64,000 bases of DNA from the NCBI RefSeq assembly GCF_963921235.1, contig NC_086108.1, positions 92,878,001 to 92,942,000 of the forward strand, read 5' to 3'. The notes under the pieces were generated by a model that saw only the letters and a program-made list of their open reading frames with translations, did no database searches and had not been told where the DNA came from. This stretch comes from Mobula hypostoma (Eukaryota). Positions 39,541 through 53,200 of this stretch are shown one piece after another. The position numbers were made by a program, and so were the translations under genes. Numbering within the stretch: the first letter of the stretch is position 1; each line of letters begins with the position of its first letter.

Positions 39541-41899
39541 AATCCCAGGGAAATCAGTAGTCTCTAAGGTACTCAAACCACCCCATCCGGTACCAACAAT
39601 CATTCTATGGTCAAAATCACATTACTTCTCCATTCTGATGTTTAGTCTGACCAACTACTGAAACTTCTGACCGTGTCTGCATGTTTTTATGCAGTGAGTT
39701 GATGCCACATGATTTGCATTAATGAGCAGGTGTACAGGTGTACCAAATAAAATGGTCACTGAGTGTATGTCAATGCAAAAAGACAAAATAATAATCAGAA
39801 TTGTGAGAAACGAAACAGATTGTATTTATAGAGAACCTTCCATATCCACAGGACGAGGAAAGTAGCTTTGCTGCCAATGAGTTGAGAGTAGATAAAGGCA
39901 TTCGGTCCAGTTCTGATGTAGGCAGAAGATAGAATATTGCCCTGGATCCTGCTCTTGAAATGTCGTGCCTGAGAAGAAGCTTCTGTGGGTCGTGGTATAC
40001 CAGGAACTGACCTTTTTTGCAAGTGACCCACAGCTGCAATTTGTAGAAAGCTTTAGCAGCTCCCGCATCAAGCTGTGCTTGAGCATCCTCATTGGGACAC
40101 AGGGTCAAGGCACACAAGTTATTATTCTACAGATTTATTGAGTATGCCCACAAGAAAATTAATCTCAGGGTTGTTTATGGTGACGTATATGTACTTTGAT
40201 AATAAAATTTACTTTGAACTTTAAGCCATGACATCAGCACGTCAAAGCCAAAGAAAGCAACCAAAACCAGCCTGACTCAACAAAACCACTGGTTAAGTCG
40301 TGCTGAAGGGTGTGCCAGAAGCATGGCCGGAGAGGAAACTTGTAGAGAGCAACCCAGAAATTCTGCTCTGCGCAAGTCCTCGACCTGCAACATAAAGTCT
40401 GCTCCCTTTCCACAGACTTTTGACTTACTGGGCATTTCCAGAATCTTCAATTTAGATTCCTGAAATTTCACTTGCGTGTTTTGCAAGTAGGGGCAGGCAC
40501 AGATGTGTGTACGCATGAGAGACTGAATGCATGTCTGAGCAGGCTATGTGACACAACTCAATATTTTTGGAGAAACACCTAAAGATTAGCTTTATTTGTC
40601 ACACATACATCAAACTAAACTTCAAAATTCAAAGTAAATTTACTATGAAAGTATGTATGTCACCATATACAACCCCAAGATTTATTTTTTTTTTGAGGAC
40701 AATCAGAGTAAATACAAGAAACACAACAGAAACAATGGAAGACTGCACAAGATGGACAACAAACAACATAAAGAAAGGGAAGAAAGAAATGACAATAATA
40801 AATACATAAGCAATAAATATAAAGAACATGAAATGAAGAGTCATTAAAAGTGAGTCCATAGGTTGTGGGAACAGCTCTGCGATGGGGTGAGTCTTCTTCT
40901 TATTGTGTCCACGGACAGTCCATACATGGCCCAGCTAGAACTGGACACATTTTTGCGCTTTGTTGTTGAATTTGGCAAGATCTGCAACAGGGGTGAGTGA
41001 AGTTCAGTGAAATTAACCCCTCTGGTTCAATAAAATGCTGCTTCATACAGTGAAATGCGTCGTTTTCATCAAATCAGCGAGGATTGATTTGGGCAGACCA
41101 CAAGTGTCACCACAGTTCCCTCGGCAACACAGCTTGCCCACAACTCACTGACCCCCTTGGAACATGCAAGGGAGTTGGAGCACCTGGAGGCAACCCACAA
41201 GCTCACTTGTTTATGCTCTTAATGTTAAAGAAAAAATGTGTGAGTCTGTCTCTAGAACCTCAGATTTATTGTGAGGTGACTAAGGAGCCACTCCTTGTAT
41301 ACCTGACCACGAGTGCAAGTGAGTATATAAACGTCGTGGAAATTTACTTTGGTGCCTTGATGTACATCCAGGAATAAGAAACCAAAGATGTAAGAAGTCT
41401 CTTTTAATAGAGTGTTGTGATCAATTGCTTTCAAAAACCAGTCTCACAGCTAACGCTCCTCAGACCCACAATAAATTACAGAAAGTTGTGAATGGAGCCC
41501 GGTCCATCACACAAAGCCCCCTACCCTCCATTGACTCTGTCTGCACCTCCCACTGCCTCGGAAAGGCAAGCTACACAATCACAGACCCCTCCCGTTGTGG
41601 TCATACTCTCTTCTCACCTCTCCCACTGACCAGAGAATACTTGAGAGCACATACCAGAAGCCTCAAGGAAAGCTTCTACCCGCTGTTATCTATCCCCTGA
41701 ATGGAGATCTCATATGCTGGAAGATTAATTCCTGATCTTCCAATCTAGCCCACTGTGGCTTCTTACACTTTAATTGCCCATGTCACTCTCTCTGAAACTG
41801 CAACACTGCATTCTTCATCCTGTTGCTTTTAACTATCTTGATGCCCTTATCTCAGGCAAGCTGTCTACACAGCACACAGACAAAAGCTTTTCACAGTAT

Positions 41900-42515
41900 C
41901 AGATACAAGAGAGTTTTCAGATGCTGGAAATCATGAGCAATGCACAGAAAATGCTGGTGAAACTCAGCAAGTCAGGCAGCATCTACAGAGGGGAAATGAA
42001 GAGTCGACGTTTTGAGCTGAGACCCTTGACCAGGACTGGAGAGGAAGGGGGCAGAAGCCAAATGATAAGGTTGGTGGGGGGGTACAAGCTGGCCAGTGAT
42101 AGGGAGTGCTGGTGAGGGGGAAGGTGGTGGGTGGGGGGAGGGCTAATAATATGAGAGGATGGGAGGTGATAGCTGGAAGCGGTAAAGGCAGAAGGAGGAG
42201 GAATCTAATCGGAGAGGACAGGGGACATGAAATAACGGGATGAAGGTGGTGAACCAGAGGGAGGGGATGGACAGGTCGTGATGGTGGAGAGGGCGAAGAG
42301 ACAGGTGAGAGGGCCACTAGAATGAGTGGAAACACAAAAGTGGTAGGGGTGGGGGTAAAAATGGAGGGGGAGTGGTTACCGGACGTTCGGGAAATGTTCA
42401 TGCCATCAGCTTTGAGATAACCCAGATGTAAAATGAGGTGTTGATTCAACCTGCATTTGACTTCATCATGGCAGTGGAGGAGGCCCTGGACGGACATTTT
42501 GGTGTGGGAATGAGA
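41900..42515 (-). mobile_element. Penelope-like family A 3' fragment
   Basis: Terminus plus degenerate hammerhead at 42002-42038; ORF 41964-42497 GLLHCHDE...QHLILHLG. Confidence 0.8.
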
Positions 42516-43444
42516 AAACTATTATAAACTAACCAATTGATTATGGATTCTGGGGTACACCTTATCCTCAGTGCTCACTACCAATACAGTGCAAGTGAAT
42601 ACATATTGATACAAACACACCACATCATCTTTGAAGCATTATAGGGACCAGGTCATTGCAACTACTCGTAGATCATTGCAACTCCCATTCTAACGTCAGA
42701 CGTGGAAGCCCAGCAGTGTGCTGATTTCCTGCATCTTCCTTCAGTTATCAGCCAGTGAAAACTGCCCAGGTTAGATGTGACACAACCTGAGCAACTCTAT
42801 TAAATTCAAGGGAAATGAACAGCTTTAAGGGAAAGATGCATGTAATGTACATTTAATTAAAACTAATTTATTTAAAAATGATTATTTTGTTTTAAAAATG
42901 TTTCCCATGACCTCCGGAAGGCCATCTCATGTACAAAGTGGCAATTCCAGACTAAACTTGAAGCACAGATTCCTGACAACTCTGACAGGGCTTGGATGCC
43001 ATCACTGCTAGGAAGCAAAACCAAGTGACATAAATGGCAAGACGTTCACTCCCTGATGAGCTCGATGCCTTTTATGCTTTCTGTTAGGAAGTATTCTGGA
43101 GTTAAATAAATACAGCAGATATTAATTCAAGCATGAGCCAGTCTTCAGCTCTTAAAGTAAATTGCAAGCAGTAAATTGAAATTAAAGGCGCACCTTTGCA
43201 AATAAACAATTCTGCCTTTGCAGCACAGACTAAGGGATATGGTTTGCAAAATGGCGGCCATGAATCACGTCTGCATGTGCATCAGCCAACGTTAAGAAAA
43301 TGGGGCTGTGCTAATTGCCCTGCGTTACCGAGTTTAAAGACTTTGCACCATCAGAATCAGAAATCAGGTTTAATTTCACTGGTATATGTTGTGAAATTTG
43401 TTGACTTTGTGGCAGCAGTAAAATGCAGTACATAATAATGCATT

Positions 43445-43970
43445 ATGTGCCTAAACTGGAGAGGGTTCAAAGGAGGTTCACAAAAATGATTTCAGGCTTG
43501 AATGTCTTGTCATATGAAGAGTGTTTGATAGCTTTGGGCCTGTATTCACTAGAATTCAGAAGAATGAGGGGTGATCTTATTGAAATCCATTGAATAGTGA
43601 AAAGCCTTAATAGAGTGGATGTGGAGAGGATGTTTCCTATGGTAGGACAGTCTAAGACCAGAGGACACAGCCTCAGAGTAGAGGGGTGCCCTTTTAGAAT
43701 GCAGATGAGGAGGAATTTCTTTAGCCAGAGGGTGGTAAATCTGTGGAATTCATTGCCACAGGCAGCTGTGGATGCCAAGTCTTTACTGTATGTACGTTTA
43801 AGACAGAGGTTGATAGGTTCTCGATTGGTCAGGGCATGAAGGGATACGGGGAGAAGGCAGGAAACTGGGGTTGAGAGGAAAATTGGATCAGCCATGATGA
43901 AATGGTGGAGCAGACTTGATGGTCCAAATGGCGTAATTCTGATTCTATATCTAATGATCTTATGCTCTTA
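43445..43970 (+). mobile_element. CR1 3' end
   Basis: RRNFFSQRVVNLWNSLP. Confidence 0.88.
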
Positions 43971-43974
43971 TAAT

Positions 43975-44820
43975 AGAGGAAAACATTGTGAATTACTGTA
44001 GATATATATTAGTTAAATTAAATAAGTAGTGCAAAAATTGAAATAAAAACAGTTGTGAGGTAGTGTTGATGGGTTAAATGTCCATTTAGAAGTCACATGT
44101 CAGAGGGGAAGAAGCTGTTCCTAAATCATTGAGTGTGTGCCTTCGTGCTTCTGATGGTAGCAATGAGAACAAGGCATGACCTGGGTGATGGGAGGCCTTA
44201 GTGATTGATGCCAGCTTTTAGAGACATCACTCCTTGAAGATGTCCTGGATACTATGGAGGAGAGTGCTCATGATGGAGCTAACTAAGTTTACAACTCTCT
44301 GCAGTTTACTTTGATCATGTGTAGTAGCTCCTCCCATACCAGACGGTGATCCAGCCAGTTAGAATGATCCCAACAGTGTTTTTGGAGACATACCAAATCT
44401 TATCATATTCCTAATCAAATATGGCCACTGTTGTGCTTTCTTTGTAGTTGCATCGATATGTTAGTCCAGGCTAGATCCTCAGAGATATTGACACCCAGGA
44501 ACTTGGAAATGCTCACTCTTTCCATATCTGACCCCTTTATGAGGATTGGTGTGTGATCTCTCGTCTTACCTTTTCTGACGTCCACAATCAGTTCTTTGGT
44601 CTTACTGACGTTGAGTGCAAGGTTGTTGCTACGATACCACTCAAATAGCTGATATACGTCGCTCCTGTATGCCCTCTCTTCACCATCTGAAGTTCTGCCA
44701 ACAACATTTGTATCGTCAGCAAATTGATAGATGGGGCATTTGAGCTATGCTTAGCTGCACAGTCATGGGTGTAGAGAGAGTAGAGCAGTAGGCTAAGCAC
44801 ACATACCTGAGGTGCGCCAT
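43975..44820 (-). mobile_element. Rex1/Babar RT 3' fragment
   Basis: [16 protein letters not shown]. Confidence 0.8.
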
Positions 44821-45159
44821 CGTAACATTGTGTAAGTTCAGGGAAGTCTTCAATCAGTTTGTCGCATCCAAGGTACTTGAACAGTCAGAGGTGTCGCCCA
44901 TTGTAGATATACAATTCAAAGGCAGCATTGTCAACACAATGTATCGAAGTAAGCAATGTCATTGCTACTATTGAAACTGTATTGAATCACCTATTGATCT
45001 TAGAGGTATAAACATGTGATGTACTTTTGAGTTTGGAGACCATACCGAGAGGATTTCTGTTGTTCTGACAAATAAAGACATAGATACCGACGATCTCTCC
45101 AGTGAGTTAGTCGCAGCCACACTTGCTGGCAATAAAAGAACATGGAGGCACCTTCATGA

Positions 45160-47015
45160 ACCCCCACAGCTCCTGTCATCCATGCCACCTCATTCTCTGA
45201 GGCCGAGGTGAAAGCATCCTTCACAATGGTGAATCTATGGAAGGCACCTGGCTCAGGCAGCCTGCTTGGTCGAGTACTAAAAAGCTGTACTAATCACCTG
45301 GTTGGAGCGTTTATGGACAACCTCGCACTTCCGCGGTCCAAGGTATGTACTTGTTTCATCAATCGTCCACTAGGAACATGGTAACTTTCCTCATTGACGC
45401 TCATCCAGCAGCACATATATCCACTGTGATGACAATAGACTATAGACAATAGGTGCAGGAGTAGGCCATCCGGCCCTTCGAGCCAGCACCACCATTCACT
45501 GTGATCATGGCTGATCATCCACAATCAGTATCCAGTTCCTGCCTTATCCCCATAACCTTTGATTCCGCTATCTTTAAGAGCTCTATCCATCTCTTTCTTG
45601 AAAGCATCCAGAGACTTGGCCTCCACTGCCTTCTGGGGCAGAGCATTCCACATATCCTTCACTCTCTGGGTGAAAAAGTTTTTCCTCAACTCCGTTCTAA
45701 ATGGTCTACCCCTTCTTCTTAAACTGTGGCCTCTGGTTCTGGACTCACCCATCAGTGGGAACATGCTTCCTGCCTCCAGCGTGTCCAATCCCTTAATAAT
45801 CTTAGATGTTTCAATAAGATCCCCCCTCAGCCTTCTAAAGTCCAGAGTATACAAGCCCAGTGGCTCCAATCCTTTCGACATATGACAGTCCCGCCATCCC
45901 GGGAATACTTTCGAGGGTGGTCATAAAGCGTGTCAACTCCTGCCTGAGGTATCTCCTACCTGGATTCACTCTAATTTGCCTGTGGTCACAAAGGGTCAAT
46001 AGCAGATGCTATATCATTTGCTCTTTACTCAGCACTGGAACACCTAGACAATGAAGATGCATATATCAAAACTAAGCTCCGAGAACTAGGCCTTGGTACC
46101 TCCCTGTGCAACTGCACCCCCAATTTGCACACTTGCAGACCTCAGTCAGTATGGATTGGCAACAACATCTCCTTCACAATCACCATCAGCACAGGTACAC
46201 CACAAGAATGTGTGCTTCGCCCCCTGCTTTCACTTTATACTTATGACTGTGTGGCTAAGCAGAGTTCCAGTATCATATTTAATTTTGCAGATGGCACCAC
46301 TATTGTTGGCCAAAACAAAGGTCGTGACAAATCTGAATAGAGAGAGATGAAAATCTGGTTGAGTGGTACAATAACAGCAGTCTAGCACTCAATATCAGTA
46401 AAACCTAAGGCACATTATTGACTACAGGAGGAAGCCAGAAGCCAGCCCTCATTAGGAGAACAAAGGTGGAGCCAAAGATTTTGACTTTTTTCTATAGGTG
46501 TACAGTGGTGAGTATCTTGGCAGGTTGCATCACATCCTGATATGGAAACACCAATGCCCAGGAATGGAAAAGGCTACAAAGAGTGGTGGATGAGTCCATC
46601 ACAGGCAAAGCTCTACCCACCACCAAACACGTTCACACGGAGTGCTGCCACATCAAAGACCCCCACCATCCAGGCCATTTCCTGTTCTCGCTGGTACCAT
46701 CAGAAGCTGCAGATCCCACGCTACCAGGTTCAGAAAGTTATTACCCTACAGGCTCCTAAACTAGCTTGAGTAATTTCAATCACCACTAATTTTAACCGTT
46801 ACTATGATCTACAGACCCTCTTTAAAGGACACTTTACAACTCATATTCTCAGTATTATTTTTCTTTTGCACATTGGTTGTCTTTATGTATAGTTTTTTTT
46901 GTAAATCCTATTCTATTTCTTACTTTTTTTTTTGCAAATGCCTGAAGCAAATGAATCTCAAGGACGTATATGGTAAAATACATAACTTAATAATAAATTT
47001 ATGTTTAACTTTGAA
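45160..47015 (+). mobile_element. Rex1/Babar fragment interrupted by a minus-strand CR1 3' end (about 45431-45905)
   Basis: TGTPQECVLRPLL, FADGTT; the CR1 piece has ORF 45525-45881. Confidence 0.8.
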
Positions 47016-48731
47016 ATAGTACTTTTCATGGTTTGTGAATGCCCTGAAGATCCCCACAAGCACTCGAACAATATTGACAGTCAGAAAGGCCAAGAGGGTG
47101 TGGAAGGGCCGACTGCCAAAACACAGTTAGCAGATGCTTCCTGTTTTAAACCTTAGATCCAGCCTCATGAAGTCAATGGGCAAGCACCAACTACAAGCAG
47201 TACTATCATTAGGAACTTGGGGAGACCAGGAGAATTTATTTTTAATCAGCGAGCCTTTGTGATCTGGAATGTTCTATATGAAGGGCAGGTGGAAACAGTT
47301 TCAATGGGGAAACTGGCCATAGGGTTGAAACAGAACTATTCTCAAAGGTGTGGAGAAAGAAGGATGCAGAGCACAAAGAAGATAGGGTGAACAGCCCCCT
47401 GCAGCAAGTTTATATGAAGAAAGTAACGTGCAGGAGAAATGGGAGTTAAAACTGCAGACTGAGGCACCAAGAAGGGTGTAGCAATGAAGTGGAGGTGAAT
47501 TAATCGCCTTTAACTTCCATTCTTCAAATAGTTCACATACCTCAAGCCAGGCGACTGGCTACAAAATCCACCCTTGCCTGTCTTTGAAGTGAACAACACA
47601 CACCTTCTCTCTTTGGAAATGTTTTGTCAAACATTTTGTATACTTATGCACGCAGATTTAGAGCACGTATAAAGAGAGGTGAATTTCAGCTCTGTTGTAA
47701 AAGCCTGCTATCACTGTCTAGCTTCTCACTGTTCCACTCTGTATCTTGAAAAAAAATTAAAATAATGTCTCTAACAGAGACACAAATTTAAAATTTGATT
47801 TGAAATCAGTTTAAGTTTCTAGCTAGCAAAATAACTACAACAAAATTAATGCCAATGAGAAGAAATTCTGAGATAGGCACATGGACGATAAAACAAATAA
47901 AGGCTATGTGCAGAGGAGGATAAGAAGGGTTAGATTGGAGTAGGTTAGAGGGTCAGCATTACATCTTCAGGTGAAGGCTTGTCTAATGCTCTGTGAAAAG
48001 ATTGTTGACCAGAAGTCTTAATCCTGTTCTGTCCAGGATGCTTTCTAATCTTCTAAATATCTCCAGAACTTTTTATACTTAATTCAAGGTAATTCAAGCA
48101 TCTAACCAAACTTACTTTTACTCCATGGTTCATACACCAATGGCCGTGTTCCACATTTGAACTCAATCATGAATCTAGCAGCAGAGGAGGTTACTTTGGA
48201 CTGTCACAATTGGGCAAGGATGCTGGGAGCACCAAAGTGAGATCATGAACTTTCCAGTAGAAACAACGCCTTGATTTGGCCTACTCAGACTGAACCCCAG
48301 AGCTAGTTAAAGAATATTACCTGAAGCCTATGAAGTAAACCATTGATAAGGCACTTTATGTCAATGTTCATAGGATGAGGCAATATAAAACGCATTAGAA
48401 CACTAAGACTGGATCAGGCTTCTAACAAGTCAGCCTGTGCAGATGAACAAGGCCACTGTACACTTCAGAAAGAAATTGCCAGATGAGAAATTGAATTGGC
48501 TTACATTGTTTCTATCAAGGGCAAGTTTGCAATTTTTAAGAACACACAGATCAACCTGAACATATAGGCTCAGATAACAGGATAATCAATGAAATATGAA
48601 GCTTTCTCTGGCTTCATCTTGAATACATTTTGAGAAGATAAAAAGTTCAATGTCGCCAACTGCCCCACTGCTGATTGACCATTATGCTTTAATATACACC
48701 ATCAATGAGAAAGCAGTGGTGTTATAACTCA

Positions 48732-48851
48732 AGCAACACACACAAAAAATGCTGGTGAACGCAGTATTCACCATGATGCTGCTGTCTTCACCGGCATTTT
48801 TTGTGTGTGTTGCTTGCATTTCCAGCATCTGCAGATTTCCTCGTGTCTGCA
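48732..48851. mobile_element. Very short fold-back Penelope family A insertion
   Basis: aagcaacacacacaaaaaatgctggtgaa / ttcaccggcattttttgtgtgtgttgctt; near-TSD gtgttataa(a)ctca on both sides. Confidence 0.75.
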
Positions 48852-48937
48852 GTGTTATAAACTCACTGGTTCCAAATATCAATTCATTGTTAACAATAAT
48901 CAAGTGCTGCGCTTTTCAATGATCACAGTATTTTTAA

Positions 48938-49342
48938 CCCAGGCAACCTGTTCATATTCTATGCCTTCACAGTATGGTCCGGGTCAATTTTGACCCGGCC
49001 CAAGAATCCCCTCGTAATAAGTGTCTATACCAAATTTTGAACCACAGATCTATTTAGAATGTATAAATAGTCTATCTGACATTGATAAATGGGTGATTAA
49101 TCCTTAATTAATGTTTCAGAGATTTAAAATCCATTTCAATAGATACGGGTCGAATTTGACCTGGAACAGCCTCAATGTACAAAATTTTGTAGCACCTGTA
49201 CATGTTTAAATATTTTATTTTTGCGCATTTTTGGTCACTTTAGGAAAAGTCATCAAATTTCGGCTAAAAATGGCATTTAGGGTGTTTTTACTGCTGTCAA
49301 ATGACTAAGTGGGTCAAATTTGACCCGAACAGTATGTGAGGG
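48938..49342. mobile_element. piggyBac-type MITE
   Basis: TTAA|CCC ... GGG|TTAA with three GGGTCAAWTTTGACCC-type palindromes. Confidence 0.78.
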
Positions 49343-49879
49343 TTAAAATTCCAAAATGTTAGCAAAGAAAAATTGGAAGCAACGCACCAATGGGTGAATT
49401 GTTCAACTTTGCAAAACTTTAATAGTACGGCCATGATTTGACCCAGCACGCTCCTGGAAAAATCTGAAATTGAGGACAAAAATGCTGAGGAAAATGTTAC
49501 ACATTATAGGAAGTGAACTCAGAGAAGATATTCCTGGAGAACACAGAGATAACAAACTTAGTGAATGTAGTGAGATTTCTGAACAAAAAGCAAAATCTCC
49601 CAATATCAAGTTATTTAATCAGTTATTTACTTATGCCTAAAGATGCAAAGACTTCTGCCAGGAAGCAAGATTTTAAACAATTGTTTGAAGGTTCTTATTT
49701 CATAATTATTGGGCCTCTAATGCTCATAAATTCTCTTATTTAACTTCTAGGAACATGATTTTTATTGACAGTGAGAGTAACTTGATAAAACTTTAATAAA
49801 GGCCAGATATTATTTTACTGAGATACTTTCAGACTGGCCAAGTTCCTGAAATTGCCAACTTGGTGGATTCATTCCTTCA

Positions 49880-50240
49880 AAAAGTAATCCAGACTCCTTG
49901 AATAATGATCTGCAAATGTAAGTTCAAAAGTCACCTTGGCAGCTGGGGAATTTAAATACAGTTAATTAAATAACCTGGAACTTAGAGAAAGGGCTCTGGC
50001 AACAATGTTGATGTAATTATTGGGAGTAGACTGTCAGGTTCACTACTGCCCTTTTGGAAAGAAAGTCTGTTGCCCTAACACACTCTGGTTCACCTCTGAC
50101 CACTAGAAATATGGTGGCCTTTTAACGTTCCTCGGAAATGGCCCAGCATGCTATTTAATGATGGCACCACTTCCTTAAGGCCCCTTTGAAATAGGCATCA
50201 AGAGCTTCCCTTGAAAGCAGTGCCCATATCTCATAACAAG
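49880..50240 (+). mobile_element. Old elasmobranch SINE remnant; related pieces at about 5140-5370 and 6130-6385
   Basis: ggcagctggggaatttaaat...ttaattaaataa...ggttcacta...gaaatggcc...gcccatatc pattern, highly diverged. Confidence 0.45.
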
Positions 50241-53200
50241 GCCGCTCTAGACTCTAGCATCATTTCAGCAGGTTACCACCACAGGAGATTTCGCAACATC
50301 TCCTCGAACAATACGTTTGTTGACAAAATACACATTCACACAATTTCCTACTTCTTACTGTACAGTTCGTTTCTTCTGGTACTGTGGCCTGTTGCAGAAA
50401 TTGTGAGTTCAGATCTTCCACATAACCTGTAAACTTACAGCAATAATGGATACATCTGGGTGCACTGTGACTATGGAAAAGCAGAGCATTCTCTCCCAGC
50501 AGCTGATGAGGCTTGGGGGCCAGATGAAACCAAGACAGTCTACCTTTCTCATTAGGTAAAGGTCTTAAGGGATTTGGAAGCAAGCGTGGCGGATGGAGAA
50601 TTAGATAATATTTGAAGAGAGGAATGGGATTGAATAACCTTTCCCATGACATAATCTGCCCTAGATTAATCTAAATTTATCCTATTGTCTCTTCCCACAA
50701 CTTTTGCATTATGTCCAGCTCAAGAAAGGATTCAAAATTTTCCTGCTAAAATACAGTATCTGGTTCAGTAAAGCATCGTGTTGCATGTTACTGTGCTTGG
50801 ACGGCATCGTGCTCCTCCACAGGAATAATGGAGAAACATGGTGTCACCTAAGTGCAATAACTCAGAATGCGCCAAGTGGAACAAGTTGGAACCTCACCAT
50901 AAATGAGGTTGGAGTGAGGGAAGGGTGGAAATAGTGATCCGAACTGCCAGGAAGAGGAGGGGGCCCAAAGCAGAAAGGTTCGATCTCAGGTTCCTTCCTC
51001 TCCAAACACTCCCACCAGGAATGTCTGAAGAATTTCAAAATGGTCCTTCAGTTTACACAGGTAGGTGAAAAGTAAACGCGTGTGGAAAACCTTGAAGATG
51101 AATCACAAGGTTGTACATGGTATGCATACTTTGATAATAAATTTAATGTGAACTTTGAACATAAGAACATTTCCAATTTAGCTGTTAAACTAGTGGCTTT
51201 TAATCTGGTTAATAAAACCATCACAATTGATGGTATGCAGAAAATTACACTTGCATACTGGGAGAGGTTACATGACCGTTGCACTAAAGGATAATTACAC
51301 AAATATTAAGGAAGTGTAACTGAGTTGTTCAGATACTTTTGTGCTTCTACACACACACACCGCAGGAAATTGTCGAGTCCCAACAAGTCCACAAACCACT
51401 ATATAATTGTATGGAAGAAGCGGAGATTCAATCATGCATAAATCATTTTCCAACAATAGAGCTTTCAAAGGAGAAAGGATGACTTTTAACCTTTGCCCCC
51501 TGTTATTAGTGATTTGGACGGTATGGAATCTCTGCACCACTGAATTTGACCAACTTTCATCCTACTGATTTTACAGTAGTGTCTAGGTGGCGGGGTAAAA
51601 ATGCTCCTTTCTTAGGGCTTACGGATGTGGTCATATTGGTTCGAGCAGGTTGTAGAACATAACACAATTATCAATAAAGGCAGGACTTTTGACAGCCTAA
51701 AACTATTCGATTACTATATAAACTCAACACGTAAACTAGTGAAACTGTGCTCAAGGCCTGAGCTGGAGACAAATAGAGATACTTGTAAGAATACAAGTAT
51801 CACCTGTTGCCGGGGCCGGGGTCGAAACGCTCGTCAGAGATGGTGCTCGGTGTCGAATAGGTGGTCGGAGGCTCGTAGTTTTTCGGGTGGACTCGGAGTC
51901 GGACTGTGGTCCGATGCTTCCGGGATGCTGCATCAGCAAGTTGGCGGCGCTGGAGGTTTACCGTCTGCGTGAGATGATGGGACTTTCGAGAGAATCTGAG
52001 ACTTTTACTGTGCCATGGTTTGTTCTTATCAAATTACAGTATTGTTTTGCACTGTTGTAACTATATGTTATCATTATGTTGTTTTTGTTAGTTTTTAACT
52101 CAGTTTGTCATGTGTTTTCGTGATATCATTCTGGAAAAACATTTTTATCATTTCTTAATGCATGCATTACTAAATGACAATAAAAGGGGACTGCGTGTCT
52201 TCATATTTATAATAATATCTCAATATTCTTTGAAATTATAGAAGGTTTTTTTTAAACCAAATCATTCAGAAAGTCAGAGGACAATAAGCTTATTGTCTAT
52301 TTGGGGTAAAGTGATGGTGCCTACCTAGTGACAAGACCCGAACATGCATAAATAATCAAAGCAAACGCCGAAAGGGTTGTCTTCTCAATTTGGCTTTTGA
52401 TGATGAGTGGATTAAATCAACAGCAGCAATTTATTTTGGATTTCAATAGGGTTTCTGTGACTTCTATTCAATCCAGCTTTCATGGAAAGGCTGGAGCTGG
52501 AAATAAAAGGAAGTTAGATTGAGTAGAGATCACAAAGATGGAAACTGCTGACCAATTTGGTGTTGCTATTGGCAAAGGCCCATGCAGCCTGCACTAATGC
52601 AACCTGCCTGGCATCAGGTCTATTGCAGACCTCTCTTTTCTATTATCTGCATCGATGACAAGGAGTCACCACATCCGCAGAAGAATCAAAGGTACTAAAG
52701 AGGGCAGAGTAAAAAACTGGTGGCGTCTGACCCTAGGGCAGTACAGTGGTGTAGCAAGTAGAGTTGCTACCTTAGAGTCTGGATGACTCATTCAATCCTG
52801 CCTGTGTGCAGTGTACATATTGACCCTATCATCACATGAGAAATACATCGTGATTCCCACGATGTATAAATATGGGAAAGGACCATTACTTCAGATGGGA
52901 AATGGACTAACAAGCAAGGACATCGAAAGCTATCCACTGGTCCAGACTGACAATGATGGTGGATGGGTGGAGAGGTGGTAGGTACATCTGACTATCTCAA
53001 TCCAAGGGCTCTACTAGCTGACAAGGTGTTTAAATGCCTCCAATAATCTGAGACATACAAAAAAAAAATTAAAATCCTATAAAGTGTTGTAAAATAAGTA
53101 ATTCAAATATTTCAAGTACTTACTTTTTCCACATTTAAACAGTTTAACCCCGAGTTGAAAACCTTACTCATAATAGTTTCAGCTCAGTTTTTGAGTGCAC

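Larger units (their letters stand above)
34073..39765. mobile_element. Tc1-like non-autonomous element split by about 5.2 kb of CR1/SINE insertions (pieces 34073-34360 and 39541-39765)
   Basis: TA|cactcggcaaccactctgttag ... ccaaataaaatggtcactgagtg|TA degenerate TIRs. Confidence 0.7.

Noticed and set aside
39770..40117. Three overlapping minus-strand ORFs in unique sequence
   Set aside because: No recognisable domain, no fit to the SLC44A3 exon chain (the flanking exons join directly in phase), and lengths compatible with chance.
49400..49745. Purine-rich, protein-looking stretch (EDIPGEHRDNKLSECSE...)
   Set aside because: Interrupted by stops, with no clear splice sites or homology I can recognise.
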